Below are positions 24,085-36,058 of a stretch of 64,000 nucleotides of DNA, in pieces. Numbering within the stretch: position 1 is the stretch's first letter; each line of letters opens with the position of its first letter. The stretch is from Felis catus. Taxonomy: Eukaryota. The stretch covers positions 189,164,001 to 189,228,000 of the forward strand of contig NC_058368.1 of the NCBI RefSeq assembly GCF_018350175.1. The letters run 5' to 3'. Below the pieces are notes generated by a model. The model worked only from the letters and a program-made list of their open reading frames with translations, was not told the DNA's origin and did no database searches. The translations under genes were made by a program, and so were the position numbers.

Positions 24085-25646
24085 GATGTTGGAAAAGCAC
24101 TGCAGCAGAGAGAATAACTAGCAGAGGAAGAAAACACAGCGCATGGGAGAAACTCACTGTGTCTGGGACAGAGATGGTATCAGACAAGTCAGGGGTCAGA
24201 CCCTACAGGTCCCTGTGACCCGGGAAAGGATATTGGTCTTTAGCATCAGGGCAGTGGGAAGCCACTGAAAGCCACAGGGAGTCACATGATCATACTGAAG
24301 TTTTTCAAATTGTATATAATAAGTGCTTAGTAAATTAAAGGTAATATTTACATTGTGAATAGATTAACAAGGTAGGCAGAGTACTGAAAGCCTTATTTTT
24401 TATCATTTTCCCCTGAGGAATGCATGCCCCACAGTTTGGGGGTAGTGCTGGAGTCCTTTGTCATTTTGAGTGTTCCACTTGTTTTCATAGGTTTTCCATC
24501 CACTCCCTCGTGTCCTCAATGGCTCCATATCGTTCAATGGGGGGACAGACAGATGTGGCCACCCTCAGGTAGTGACCCTATGTTCCCACATTGCAAGTCC
24601 CTGGGATTCAGGGCTGCATTGAGCTCTTTATCCTCCTCCAGATGGCAGAGTGAAAGAAATATCTGGTAAAATGTTAATTCCACCTCATTTAATGCGGTTT
24701 ACATAGGTGTGGTGCAGTTGAGGCCTCTACAGGAAAGGCTGATTTCAAGTTCTGGCACAATGATTAGCTGATTCACAAAAGATGTGAGTCTCCATTTCTT
24801 CCCTGCACATCTGTCCTGTCTGCTTTTAATTTGGAAGCACCAGTTTTAATTTAGTGGCAGGACTGTAAACTCCATTTCTGTGAACACAGAATGACATACT
24901 TTGTGGAACGGGGGCCTCTCGCCAAGATCTGACTCTTAAGTAATTGATGGCTAGTGACTTGCTGAGAAACACTCCAATGCGAACACTTTCCATGGCAAAA
25001 ACCCTGTCATATCAGCTGGATTGCAACTGAGCCTTTTGGGCCAATGCCCATCCAAATACAGGCCATGTCTTTAACCGTGGCGTTCGGAGCCCAAAGGGAG
25101 CCTCTAGCTTCATTCTAAACATCGAAGATCTATCCAATCCATAGCTTCTCTGTGTCCCTCACACTTTGTTGGAGGCTGTGGCCCAATGCACAGATTTCCT
25201 CATCTTTGGAAGTCAACCATATCAGGAAGGAGGCTTCAGTGTTGGGAGTTGTTTTGTTCTGGTGAAAAGGACACTCTTTTCATCACATTTGAAAACCAAT
25301 TTTTAAAAATCTCACTCATATCCAATATTTTGCGTGTGTGACAGAGAAAAAACAGGCCTGGAGTTACATCACCCCTGTGGTTTAAGAAATCTTTTTCACA
25401 ATATGTAGACTGTTTTAGGGCTGGGATTTTTGGAGAGGGAGGAAAGGGGCAGAGCAAGAGGGGCAGAGAAATAAGACAGAAATACAAATTGTTCTCCAAG
25501 TAAGATGGAATGGATAAGCAAAGGGAATAAAGTGGATAAGATGTCCATGAGTTTGGAATCCTCTAAATAAATAAAGACATAACTGGTACAAAACCCTCTG
25601 ATGTCATTTTCTAATTACAAAAAATTATCTAAATCTATCTTTCTTA

Positions 25647-25821
25647 GGGGCACCTGGGTAGCTCAGCCAGTTGAGCATCCGACTCTCGATTTTGGCTCAG
25701 GTCATGATCCCAGGGTTGAGGGATCCAGCCCCACATCAGGCTTCATGCTGAGTGTGGAATCTGCTTAAAAAAGATTCTCTCCCTCCCTCTGCCCTTCTTC
25801 CTTCCCCACCCAAAATAAAAA
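25647..25821 (+). mobile_element. CAN-SINE (older subfamily)
   Basis: Head 'ggggcacctgggtagctcag'; 16-bp TSD TAAATCTATCTTTCTT at 25630-25645 and 25822-25837. Confidence 0.96.
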
Positions 25822-26014
25822 TAAATCTATCTTTCTTGGATCGCCATTGAATACTTATCACTAATCATGGTGCCTGGCATAAAGTAGATTTAAGTACATA
25901 TTTCTGAATACATAAGTGAGGAAATGAGTAAAAAGTGAGTGCTTACCAGGTGCCCACCACTACTGTGGGTCATAAGGCCTGGGAGACTTAGTTACTGGAC
26001 CTTTTGGACAGTCG

Positions 26015-26265
26015 GGTGTGGAATATTGGTAAAGGCTAGGACTTGGAATTAGCTAGTCTTAAGTCTAAGTCCTGCCTCTGCCACTTACTAGTTGTGTGGA
26101 CTTGGGGAAAATTATTGAAGCTCCCTAATTCTGGGTGTCCTGAAATTGAAATGGGGACAATAATAGGACCATCTCACGTGGTTACCGGGAGGATTAATTG
26201 AGATATAGGATACAAGGTACTTACAAAAGTGCCTGGAATACAGGAAATGCTCAGTAATGGTTATA
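26015..26265 (+). mobile_element. MIR, near full length
   Basis: 'ctctgccacttactagttgtgtggacttgggg...aaatggggacaataatag...gaggattaattgagat...aagtgcctggaatacaggaaatgctcagtaatg'. Confidence 0.88.
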
Positions 26266-26923
26266 TATTACTCAGCTATTGTATAGTATGGAAATGGCAC
26301 ATGGCAGCCTCACACAATAATTCTTGCCTTGGCTCTCCCCGAAATGTTCTTGAATTGCTACCTTTGTTTCCCATCCAGTTGGTTGCCAACTCCTTTCCAA
26401 AGCTATAGTGTGGTTGCTACTGCACATTCCTGTTGGTTTCACTTAAGTGTGAAGAGTCCCATTGTCCTGAAACTAATGAGGGTTTTGTGAAAACCATTCC
26501 TCCATGGAGGACCATGGAACTCAGCTCGAGAACAAACAAGAGAACATCCCAGATGGTTTACAAAATATTTTAGGTTTTGCCAAGCATGTTTTCCTCTAAT
26601 TTTAAATTCCCTGTGTATTTGAAGTGAAATGTAGCCAACATGTTCCTGGTCAAGCAGGTTTGGAGGAAGGAAGTGGGGGAAAGAATATGGGAGAATCCCA
26701 ACATCAGCAATGAGAGAGAATGCAGTATCTCAGGGGTGTGACTATGCACGTACACCAACAAAGCAAGGTCTGTACTAGGAGGAGGAGAGGGAAACACTTC
26801 CCTCACCCCCTCACCCAATCATCACTCACATACTCACTTAACCACTCCGTGTTTATTGTGCCCTCACTAACCCCACACTGTGGTAGGCACTGTAGGTCAA
26901 ATGTGATCCCTGTTTTATTTGAG

Positions 26924-27152
26924 TTAAGGTCAACAAATTTTCTTTGTAAAGGCCCAAGTAGTAAATGTTTTCAGCTTTGTGGGACACATGGTCTGTGTTG
27001 CAATTACTCAACTCTGCTATTGTAGCATGAAACTACCCATAGATAATACATAAACAAAAGGGCAAGATTATGTCCTAATGAAACCTTATTAAAAAAAAAA
27101 AAAAGACATGAGGGCCAAATTTGTTCTGTTGGCCATAGTTTGCTGATCCCTG
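26924..27152 (+). mobile_element. MER58A
   Basis: 'tgtaaaggcccaagtagtaaatgttttcagctttgtggg...ctcaactctgctattgtagcatgaaa...ggccatagtttgctgatccctg'. Confidence 0.9.
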
Positions 27153-27304
27153 GATTAGCTTATACCAGGGAAGATCAAATCACCTCAGATAAACTCTCAG
27201 GGACTAGGCAACTCAGTGCTAACCAATGAAGAGACTGGCCCTAACTAAACAGGGGTTCACTGGCAAGATATTAAGGAGCCTACAGCTGTACCTTTCAGGA
27301 GGAA

Positions 27305-27535
27305 GTGGATTCAAATCCCAGTCCCATCAGTTATTAGCTGTGTGGTTTAAGACAAGTTATTGAGTCTCTATAAGCCTTGGCTTGCTCATCTGTAAAATGT
27401 ATATAATTATATTATTAATCGTATGTAATATTATAATAGCATTATTAGTAAACATTATTAATTAATATTATTTAATCTTGGCACCAAATGAGGTGTAGTG
27501 TATAAAGATTCCATGCAAAGTCTGGCATTGAGTAA
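27305..27535 (+). mobile_element. MIR
   Basis: 'ggattcaaatcccagt...ttattagctgtgtgg...gacaagttatt...ctcatctgtaaaatg'. Confidence 0.8.
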
Positions 27536-27602
27536 AAGTGCCCTTCAGAGTGGATAAAGCACAGATTTTGGAGATTGTGGTCTGTCACCTAGTCATCTAA
27601 AC

Positions 27603-27812
27603 CAGGGGCCAGCAACATTTTCTGTAAACGACTAATAGCAAATATTTTAGGCTTTGCAGGCCACATATAGTTTCCACCACATATTGTTTTTGTTTTAATT
27701 ATACACTTAATTTAAAAGTGGAAAAATCAGTCTATCATTCTTAGCTTATGCACTGTACAAAACCAGGCTGTGGGCCACACTGGGCCTTAGAGCCATTGTT
27801 TGGTGACCTCTG
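27603..27812 (+). mobile_element. MER58-family MITE (MER58C-like)
   Basis: Termini 'caggggccagcaa' and 'tttggtgacctctg'; 'aatattttaggctttgcaggccaca'; A/T-rich interior differs from MER58A. Confidence 0.8.
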
Positions 27813-27820
27813 CTCCAGAC

Positions 27821-28112
27821 CAGAGCTGTCCAATAGAAATAGAGCACAAGCCACATCTGGGAGTCTCATATGTAATTTTAAATTTCCTCCTAGCCACATT
27901 AGAAAAAAGTAAAACAAAAAGTAAATTTTAATAATATATTTTGTTTAAACTGTTTAAAATATTATCATTTCAATAAGCGATTAAATAAGATACTTTTCTT
28001 TTTTTTTTCTTTTGTATTAAGTCTTTGAAATCTGTGTGCATGTTACATTTAAGCATATCTCAAGTGCTCAAAAGCCATATGTGGGTAGTGACTACTGGGT
28101 TGCCCAGGGCAG
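27821..28112 (+). mobile_element. MER33 (hAT-Charlie MITE)
   Basis: 'cagagctgtccaatagaaat...aagccacat...tgtaattttaaattt...tagccacatt...aagtctttgaaatctg...caagtgctcaaaagccatatgtgg'. Confidence 0.88.
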
Positions 28113-29169
28113 CCCTGAATCTCAAACATTCTTTCCAAAATGAGTATATCGTAGCATTTACCTTTTAGGGTCATTGGAAAGATTTAATGAGATAATGCTT
28201 GGAAGGCCCTCAGTGTACTGCCTGGTACAGTGATCTCTAAATGCCATCTGACCTTGCTAATAAGAATCACTGTGCATTGCAGTAATGGTAATGATTATCT
28301 TGGGGGACAGTTGGTATCTATTACTTCCTTTGGGAAAAAAATTTTCAATCCCGGTGATCAGAGGCCTTTCATAGCACCCTTCTCCCCAGGTTTCTTTTAT
28401 CAGTTCTCCAGGGCCCAAAAAGATTTTGGTTGTTCCTCTGAAATGGCAGCTTTCCTGAGAACCAGAGCATGGCCAAGAGGCTTGGCAATTAAACATAGAG
28501 TTTGTGGAATGAGCCACAGCCCACCTCTTCTCTGGCACACTGATGGTGAGCACAGCCCAGTCGGTCTGAATGCATGCTCCTAGGCCAGTGCTCCAGGAGG
28601 GCCCCTTGGCTCCATCTAATAACATGTGACGTGTGCATGTGTTTCCCCCTCCATCCTATATTATTTCTTATTCTAATTCCCTTTTCTCCGTTTGCCCTGC
28701 CGACCCAAAGGTTTTCAGGGAAAGGTCTTTGGAGAAGTATGGAATGTCTTGCATTTGACCAGACATTCTGGGGCTGCTGTTCTGTCCCCTGAAAAGCTGG
28801 CAATTGCTGAACATCTTCATCTGACCTGATGCTCATACGGTCAAGAGCAGGGGAATCCAGTTTGTGCTTCTTATCTTAGGATGTATATCCGACTCTTAGT
28901 GGGAAAGGATCACCATATACCAAAGAGTGGCCCAGGTTTCTGGGGAAAGCCAAATCAGACGATGGGGGGGAATGTTCCTAGACTTAATACAGCAAAAATT
29001 CTTTCTGCTTGAGGTCGTCTAGTGTAACTTCCCTGAAGAGGTGGTTTTTATATTGAACAACTCCAGGCCAAGGGTCAAATGACATCACCCCCACATGAAA
29101 CCCAATCCTCTGCAAAAAGTCCCTTGCTTAGCATTTTAAGAATAAGATCTTTGGAACCTCATCCTTGCT

Positions 29170-29385
29170 CTGCTGCTTACCAGCTGTGTGACCTTGAGCT
29201 AATTACTTAACCTGCTGAGCCTCAGTTTCCTCATCTTTAAATGTGGATTACCATACACTGGATTGATTTACAACCATATAATGGATTGTGGGTAGGACTT
29301 GATTAGCTGCCATTAGTTATGGAGCAGATTGAATTAGCTCAGAGCTTGGCATACAATAGACACAAATAAAGTGGTAATTAATTAT
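29170..29385 (+). mobile_element. MIR
   Basis: 'ctctgctgcttaccagctgtgtgaccttgagctaattacttaacctgctgagcctcagtttcctcatct'. Confidence 0.88.
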
Positions 29386-30016
29386 TATTCTCTTTTCTTC
29401 AGTGAGGTGGCTGGCTACTTTCGACTAAACTCTTTTCTCTCCAATTCTGTGCCTACGGCTCCCTCTTGCAAGGTTCAAGATGCTGCCTTGTGGATCAGGT
29501 TCACTGGCCTGGAGCCTCCACACAGGGTGACTGGTGAGTGGAGATGAATAGCCCAAGGGGCTTGGCTAGGAAGTAGTGGAGAAAACCAAATGCACCCTCC
29601 TTTGTTATACGACTTGTTTTCTGAATAGTAGAGCCCTTTCTGCCCCTGTGTGCCCCAGGTAACCCAGCAAGTCTCTGACAGTGGCACTCACATATTTAGA
29701 GTACAAAATTTTGCAACTCCTACCAGAAATACCTTAGCGCTTAAACAGGTGTACTAGTACTGACCTCCAGAAAACAAGAGGATTTCCGAACCTTTCTGAG
29801 ACTCACTGATACTGCGATTTGAAACTGAACCACTTAGGGAAAGGAATGTGCACATTGACTTACATTGCAGCATTCATACATTTGGTCTAATCTTGATGCA
29901 AAAGAGTGCATCTGATTTGTACAAATGCACATTTTACCTCACCAATCCTCACACTCTATCAAAAAGGGCAGCTTTTGTTACCATTATTATTACTTTCATT
30001 ACTATTAAAATGACAA

Positions 30017-30044
30017 ACTTAATATTAAGTACTTAATATTAAGT
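30017..30044. repeat. 28-bp perfect palindrome (ACTTAATATTAAGT)x2
   Basis: Read directly; a partial third copy follows at 30045-30060. Confidence 0.95.
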
Positions 30045-30231
30045 ACAAACTTAATATTAATGAACTGATGTATTTCTTTCATGCTATATCAAGACTTTAC
30101 AAAGGCAAGCCCATACATCTTTGAGCCAATAGAAAACCAAACTTGGAATTAATAAGCACTTTCAATAGAATTTGAGGAATGTAATACTGTTCTAATTCCT
30201 ATCTACTTCTAAAATTCCCTTTATTCTAGTC

Positions 30232-30434
30232 TAAGGGTAGGCAAGTTTTTTACTGTAAAATTTCAGATAGTAATATTTTTGGTTTGGCAGGCTATCTGGT
30301 TGTCATTGTGAAGACAAAGCTGTTTTAGATGATACGTAAACTAATAGGCATGACTGTGTTTCAATAAAACTTTATTTACAAAAACATGGAGCAGGCTGGA
30401 TGTGGCATGTGGGGCCATGGTTGGCTGACTCCTG
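30232..30434 (+). mobile_element. MER58A, internally deleted
   Basis: 'catgactgtgtttcaataaaactttatttacaaaaaca'; perfect 8-bp hAT TSD TTCTAGTC at 30224-30231 and 30435-30442. Confidence 0.9.
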
Positions 30435-31754
30435 TTCTAGTCAAATAAACAAATAACAAAAATAAATAAATAAATAAAATCACTAAAAAAAATCTCAACA
30501 AATTTATTTCCATTATCACTATGTAAGGTAAATTCATGATGATAATAATGTGGGGAGAGCACTGACCAAGATTTAAAAGATTCAGTAGCCTTCCTGTGAA
30601 TGAGTCACTGTTTTGGTTTTTTCAGGTAACATAAATACGAATGATTCCAAAGTAAGAATGGGAGAAATCAGGAAGGCTATAATTGAACTGAATAAAAGAC
30701 ATAAAGTGGTGTTATTTTATTTATCCAGTTAATTCATTCAATATAAATTTATTGGAAATCTATGGTATGCCAGAAATTTGGTATAAAAATCTCTGAGATT
30801 GGTATAAAAATCTCAGAGATACGGTATAAAAAAAATGTACTCTTAATCATCAGTAACCAAGCAATAAGAGAGGTTTTAGGTTTTGATTTTGTTTTGTCCA
30901 TTTTAAGAAATTCCCAATACTCCTGAAATCAGACTATGGGAAAAAAATTCTCCATCCTGTTTAGGCAAAAAACATAATAGCAATTCTAATCCTGGCTTTC
31001 CATAATGAGAGTCCCGAAGTATACATGGGGATAATTAAGACCAAAAAAATTAAAAATAATAAAAAAAGCTGGTTATATTAGTGTTGTAACTTGGGCACTG
31101 ACACCATATGACATAATTGGTGCTCGCCTCCAAGCTTCATGTGAATCCAGCATTCTAAAGCCCTTTCGTAACAGCCAACAACATCTGCTCTAAAGAGGAG
31201 CTCTACACCCAGGCAGGCAGGAAGAATAGTACAGAAGGGTGTGTTTTCCTTGAAGTGTAATAATATGTTACGAAAGTGTCAAATATCTACATTTGTGACA
31301 ATAATTATATAAACTCAGCCTAAAATATTGGAGGAATAAAGATATATCAATTAAAAAATCCTACAGGAGAAGCAGCATTAGATAATGAGATAGAGGTTCA
31401 GTCATTTTCTAGGGTTGGAGTTCAACACATTTGAAAGGAATGAAATGATTCTAGTGGTGTTTTTATTATTATTTCTTCTCTTTCAAGACTTCTTAACTTC
31501 AAGCAAGAATTATTTATTAACAAGTGGAAATCATTACTTTGGGATTTTATTCAGCACAACATTATACGGAAAAAAATAGGCTCCCAAGCTGACTGAATGT
31601 CGTCATGTGCTTTCTCCACTTTTTCTAAATTGAGCTCATCCATAAATTTTTAGAAAGAGCATTTTTAAAACCCACCAACAAATTTTCCATGGCTGAGAAT
31701 GCCCTTCTTGTTCTGACACAACTGTTTGAAGATTTTTCTACTCCCTTCCCAACT

Positions 31755-31766
31755 GAGGGAGGGAGG

Positions 31767-31816
<50 letters not shown>
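31755..31816. repeat. (GAGG)4(GA)23 compound microsatellite
   Basis: Read directly. Confidence 0.96.
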
Positions 31817-31819
<3 letters not shown>

Positions 31820-32329
31820 TGGCGAGAAAACACTCTGAAACAGAGAATTAGTTTATCCACAACTTCAAAATTGCAATTGTTTGCAGATTCATATGGTCTC
31901 TAAAGGACAAAACAAGATGTATTTCATCAAAGTGTTGAAGTCCATTCTGAATGACGATGACATACTGCATATGTGTGTCTGAATGTGCCAGGTCAATCAC
32001 CGTGTGCCTGGCTCCCTCTCCAAGGTTAATGGGACAAACTGGACTCTTGGGGAGGTGTTGCCTCTTCAGCACAGTCAACACGGCCAATGTTTAATGTTGA
32101 AAAGTTCAGAAAACGTAAGTGGCATTGCAGTGCTTGGGTTCTCTGGAAGGGCTTATCAGTGGGAGTTAAAATGGCAGCTGAAAATCCCAATTTCCTTCCT
32201 TTTTCCCCAGTGTTTCTTTGTATGGATTGTTCAAGAATGGTGAGGGATGAGCCATAGCAACATAGAAAGTGTTAACTGTCTTGAAGACAAACACATTAGG
32301 TCTTGGCTTATGCATTGCATTTACTGGTG

Positions 32330-32843
32330 CATACATTCCCAAATTTCAAACATGTTCATCTCCCTTTTACAATTTTTGTCAAATTCACGTATCACTTGAC
32401 TGTTATTTACTTAATATTTTTTCTTTAAAATGCTTCTTTTTTCCCCACTTAGGTAAAGTTGCATAAAAATAAAACTTTATATTACTGCTACTAATGGAAA
32501 AACATTACCACTTGCCATTAAGGAGTTTACCACAAAAACACATGAGCAAGGAAAACTAAACCATGCTATTAAAATCTAGCTAAATGCATTTGCCTGTTCA
32601 AAGCTCCATGTCTGAGCTCTCTCTTTAAGGGAGATTAGCAAGTACCAGAGACATGCTAGCACCTAAGGCGTGCTTCTTGTAGGAATCAGAAAGGGTCACT
32701 GAGAATTGAAAAAGGATTAACTACCTTACTGTGTTGTTCAGCATTGTTAAGTGTCCATTTCCTAAATAGAACCCCTGAGCACTGAAGCAGGTCTCTCATC
32801 TATGCATCTCACCATCTACACATCCCACAATTTGGGAACCTTG
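32330..32843. mobile_element. MER113-like hAT-Charlie element
   Basis: 'ttatttacttaatatttttt', 'cacttgccat', 'tattaaaatctagcta', 'aagggagattagcaagt', 'gagaattgaaaa', terminus 'tttgggaaccttg'. Confidence 0.8.
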
Positions 32844-35837
32844 CTCGCAGCCTCAGTGCTTTTAAACACCTTTTCAGACTCCAGAAAGTGCTTCCATATA
32901 CCACGTTCTATTCAGTTTTCATGATAACTCAGGTGCCATAGACAGTGCCATAATAATGACTTTTATTCAACTAGAAATGAAAGTACAAAACAAGATATTT
33001 TAAGCTTCACATAGCAAGTCAGTGGCAAAGCCCTCTCTGGAAATTGGGATTTGTTTTTGAAAAATGCATTTTTAAGGTTATTGATAAATTCTCCACTCTA
33101 TTTTTTATAATGAATTGTGAGAGTCTTATCAAGTTTTTGGGTTTTTTTTTAAAAATCATCTCTTCCCCTCAAACAAAAGATATCTAAGAACAAAAGTTAG
33201 CTAAAATGAAATTTATCTAAAAACTCATTCACTCAACACTACATCTTCTGTGTTCATCAATGCAAAGGTTATCATTGTCCTCCAAATTCTTCCCATATCA
33301 GAACTTTATACAGAAATGGAAAAAGAAAAATGAGCAGCTATTAACCAATTTGGAATAGTAGCATTTAGACATCTGGACTCTCCCTGAGTCTAGTAGTTTT
33401 CAAAAGCAACTTTTATAAATGGTGGTACTTCTCATCCACGTACCACAGAAAACTAGCTACTGCCACAGAGAAAGACTGAAATGTATGGGTCTTGGGTACA
33501 CGGTATATATTGCAGGACAATCATCTGGTTGCAGGGTTGGATTTTATGAAATTCCCTGAGGTCTCCAAGACTTGATTCACATTATGTCTCTACTGCGATA
33601 GCAATTCAACCATTTGGAGCCTGGTTGGTTTTTATTTACTGGAATGAGTGCTGAGCAAACTTATCGATCACCAATCCAATTTGGTTATCTTGTATTACTG
33701 AAATAATTCTGCCAAGTAAAATATCCAGTCCTATTTATGATGATGGTAGAATTGGAGTGCTTACAGAGCAGAGGAGATGAACCGTTAACTTGATCAGCTG
33801 TATAAACAAAGTTTCTGACCAGTGGAAAATGTTAGTCAATATCCAAGGCAAGGGAAGGGCTTTAGATGAAAAATCAGAGAGGCTGCTAATGGAATATAAC
33901 ATGTCTCTAGACCCAGAGGGGAAAATAGACGGAAGACTCCTACTCATGGTTAGTTTAAGGATCAGTAAAAGCCTTTGAGTTTGACGTGGCATCAGGCTGA
34001 AACACGATGGAGGGCATGCATCAGAGTGAGGCATTTTCTCATCTGCCTGTCCTGTTCCTGTAGTTGTGTCGATTCTGAATTTGAGTCATTATGTTAGAAA
34101 GATGTGTTGTTCGTTGCTGGAGCCATATCAGATTTAGCAAGGAAAGTACAGAATGTAATAAACATCTTTCTGAATCCTATTATTTTAGAGATGTCCAAAA
34201 ATTGTGAGGACTTGAGTATTTCTAACAAAGTTATTCACATTATATACATCAATCTAATTCGGTTGGAAAATTCTGCAAACCTGAATGATTCTACAGAAGG
34301 CTACATACAATTTTGGAGTAAGTTCTGTTGCTATGAAAATACCAGATTTATTAGACTATACACATTTAGCTTACTTGCCGGTTACCATATGTATTTATAA
34401 CAAATTATTTATAGACAAGAGTGTAAGCTCTTTGAGAGTAGGGCCTCTGTCTCCATCTTATTTGTGTCACCAAATCTCACACAGTCCTATCACATGATAG
34501 TCAATTTAATGAATTTGTATTTAATGAATGATATGGTGGCTTATATATTAACTGACAAATCTTTCCTTAGCCCTCTTGTCTAAAGCACTAAATTAAGAGA
34601 TGAACTAGATGTAAAATAATGGTCTCACAGTAGTTGTGAAGATTAGTCTGACAGGGAAGTTACTACAATCAATCACTTCCAAGGAGAGTCCGTGAATTAG
34701 CCCTGAGCCCACACAGCTCAGATGTGGCATTGTAGTATTTAAATTTTTTTTAAAACTCAGTTTTGTAGCCACTTCTATTATTTACCCAAGGTAGTCTAAA
34801 TATGTGATGAAACCCTTTTAAAGTTAGAGATTTAAATTAAAAAATATTTTTAATTAAAAATATTTTTGACAATCAATAGCATATACATATGACAATTCTT
34901 TCCCCAAATATTGTCTCCCTTCTTTTCTTTTCCAAGCATTTTCACAGATACACAGTCACTGCAGCTCTTCTATCCCTTACCCACTCTTGCTCTTTATGAT
35001 ATCGTTTAAACTAGTTCCTTCTTTAAATTTACTAACTAGATTCTCAACAACAGAAAAAGATTCTGGAAGCTAACTTTACAATAAATAATCCCTTCCTGCT
35101 CAGAAAAAGTGAGGAAGAGGCAAAAATTGTGTCTCATGCATAAATAATTTTTGTCCTTATAACACAAGCAATATGCCTAATTGCATCCTGGAGGTTTCTT
35201 GGACTCAAAATAACATGAATAGCCATGCAGCCTGAAACTTCATGAGATTCTGGTTTCAGCAAATCATGATAGGCACAAGTGTGCATATTGCTAAGTCACT
35301 AAGTCACAACTTTCTGTTTTGACATAGGAAGTAGTAGAGATTGGAGGATCAGCAGTAGGAAAGGCATGGAGAATGAACCATGGAACTGGGAGGCTGCCCC
35401 AGGACCACAGAACCCTTTCCTGAGCTTACATGATGCTAGCTAGAGTAGACTTGCTTTTGGCATATGCTTTCCTGTCCTACGTTTATCTCATTCTAGGCTT
35501 GAGATTTTAACACATCCACTCTGGCTCTTTCCCTAGCACTAAAAAAAAAAAAGAAAGAAAGAAAGAAAGAAAGGAAAAAAAATTTAAAAGAGAACAGAAA
35601 TTATTAAAGCTCTTGCTATAAGAGATTTAAACATTACTACTCTCCATTTTCATTTTTCAGCTTAATATCACCATTTGCTATATGATCTTAGAGACTGATA
35701 AAACAAAGCAAACTACATTAGTTTGGCTTTCCCTAACTCTTGTTTTCCTCTGACAATAAATCTTGGTGCTATGAGTTGTGCTTGGTGTTAACTCTGTCTG
35801 GGTACAGATGATGCCGATCAATCAGATCCTTTAAGAA

Positions 35838-36058
35838 AAGTGGTTCTTAACCGGGGCAGTTTTTCCCCCAAGAGAGAACAATTGTCAATGTCTGAAGACA
35901 CTTTTGGTTATAGAGCTGGAAGGCAATGTTACTGGCTTCTCATGAGTGAAAGCCAAGGATACTGCTAAACATCCTACAATGCACAAGACTGTTCCTCCGC
36001 AACAACAAAGAATGATCCCATCCTGAATGTCAATAGTGACAATCGGTTGGAAATCCTG
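35838..36058 (+). mobile_element. MER20
   Basis: 'agtggttcttaaccggggc', 'caatgtctgaagaca', 'gccaaggatactgctaaacatcctacaatgcacaagac', 'aatgtcaatagtg', 'gaaatcctg'. Confidence 0.92.

Larger units (their letters stand above)
21880..24310 (-). mobile_element. Fragmented L2 sequence hosting SINE, MLT1 and L1 insertions
   Basis: L2-like segments at ~21880-22100, 22320-22590, 22630-22700, 23215-23450, 24085-24310 ('gggcagtgggaagccactgaaag...catgatca'). Confidence 0.6.
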
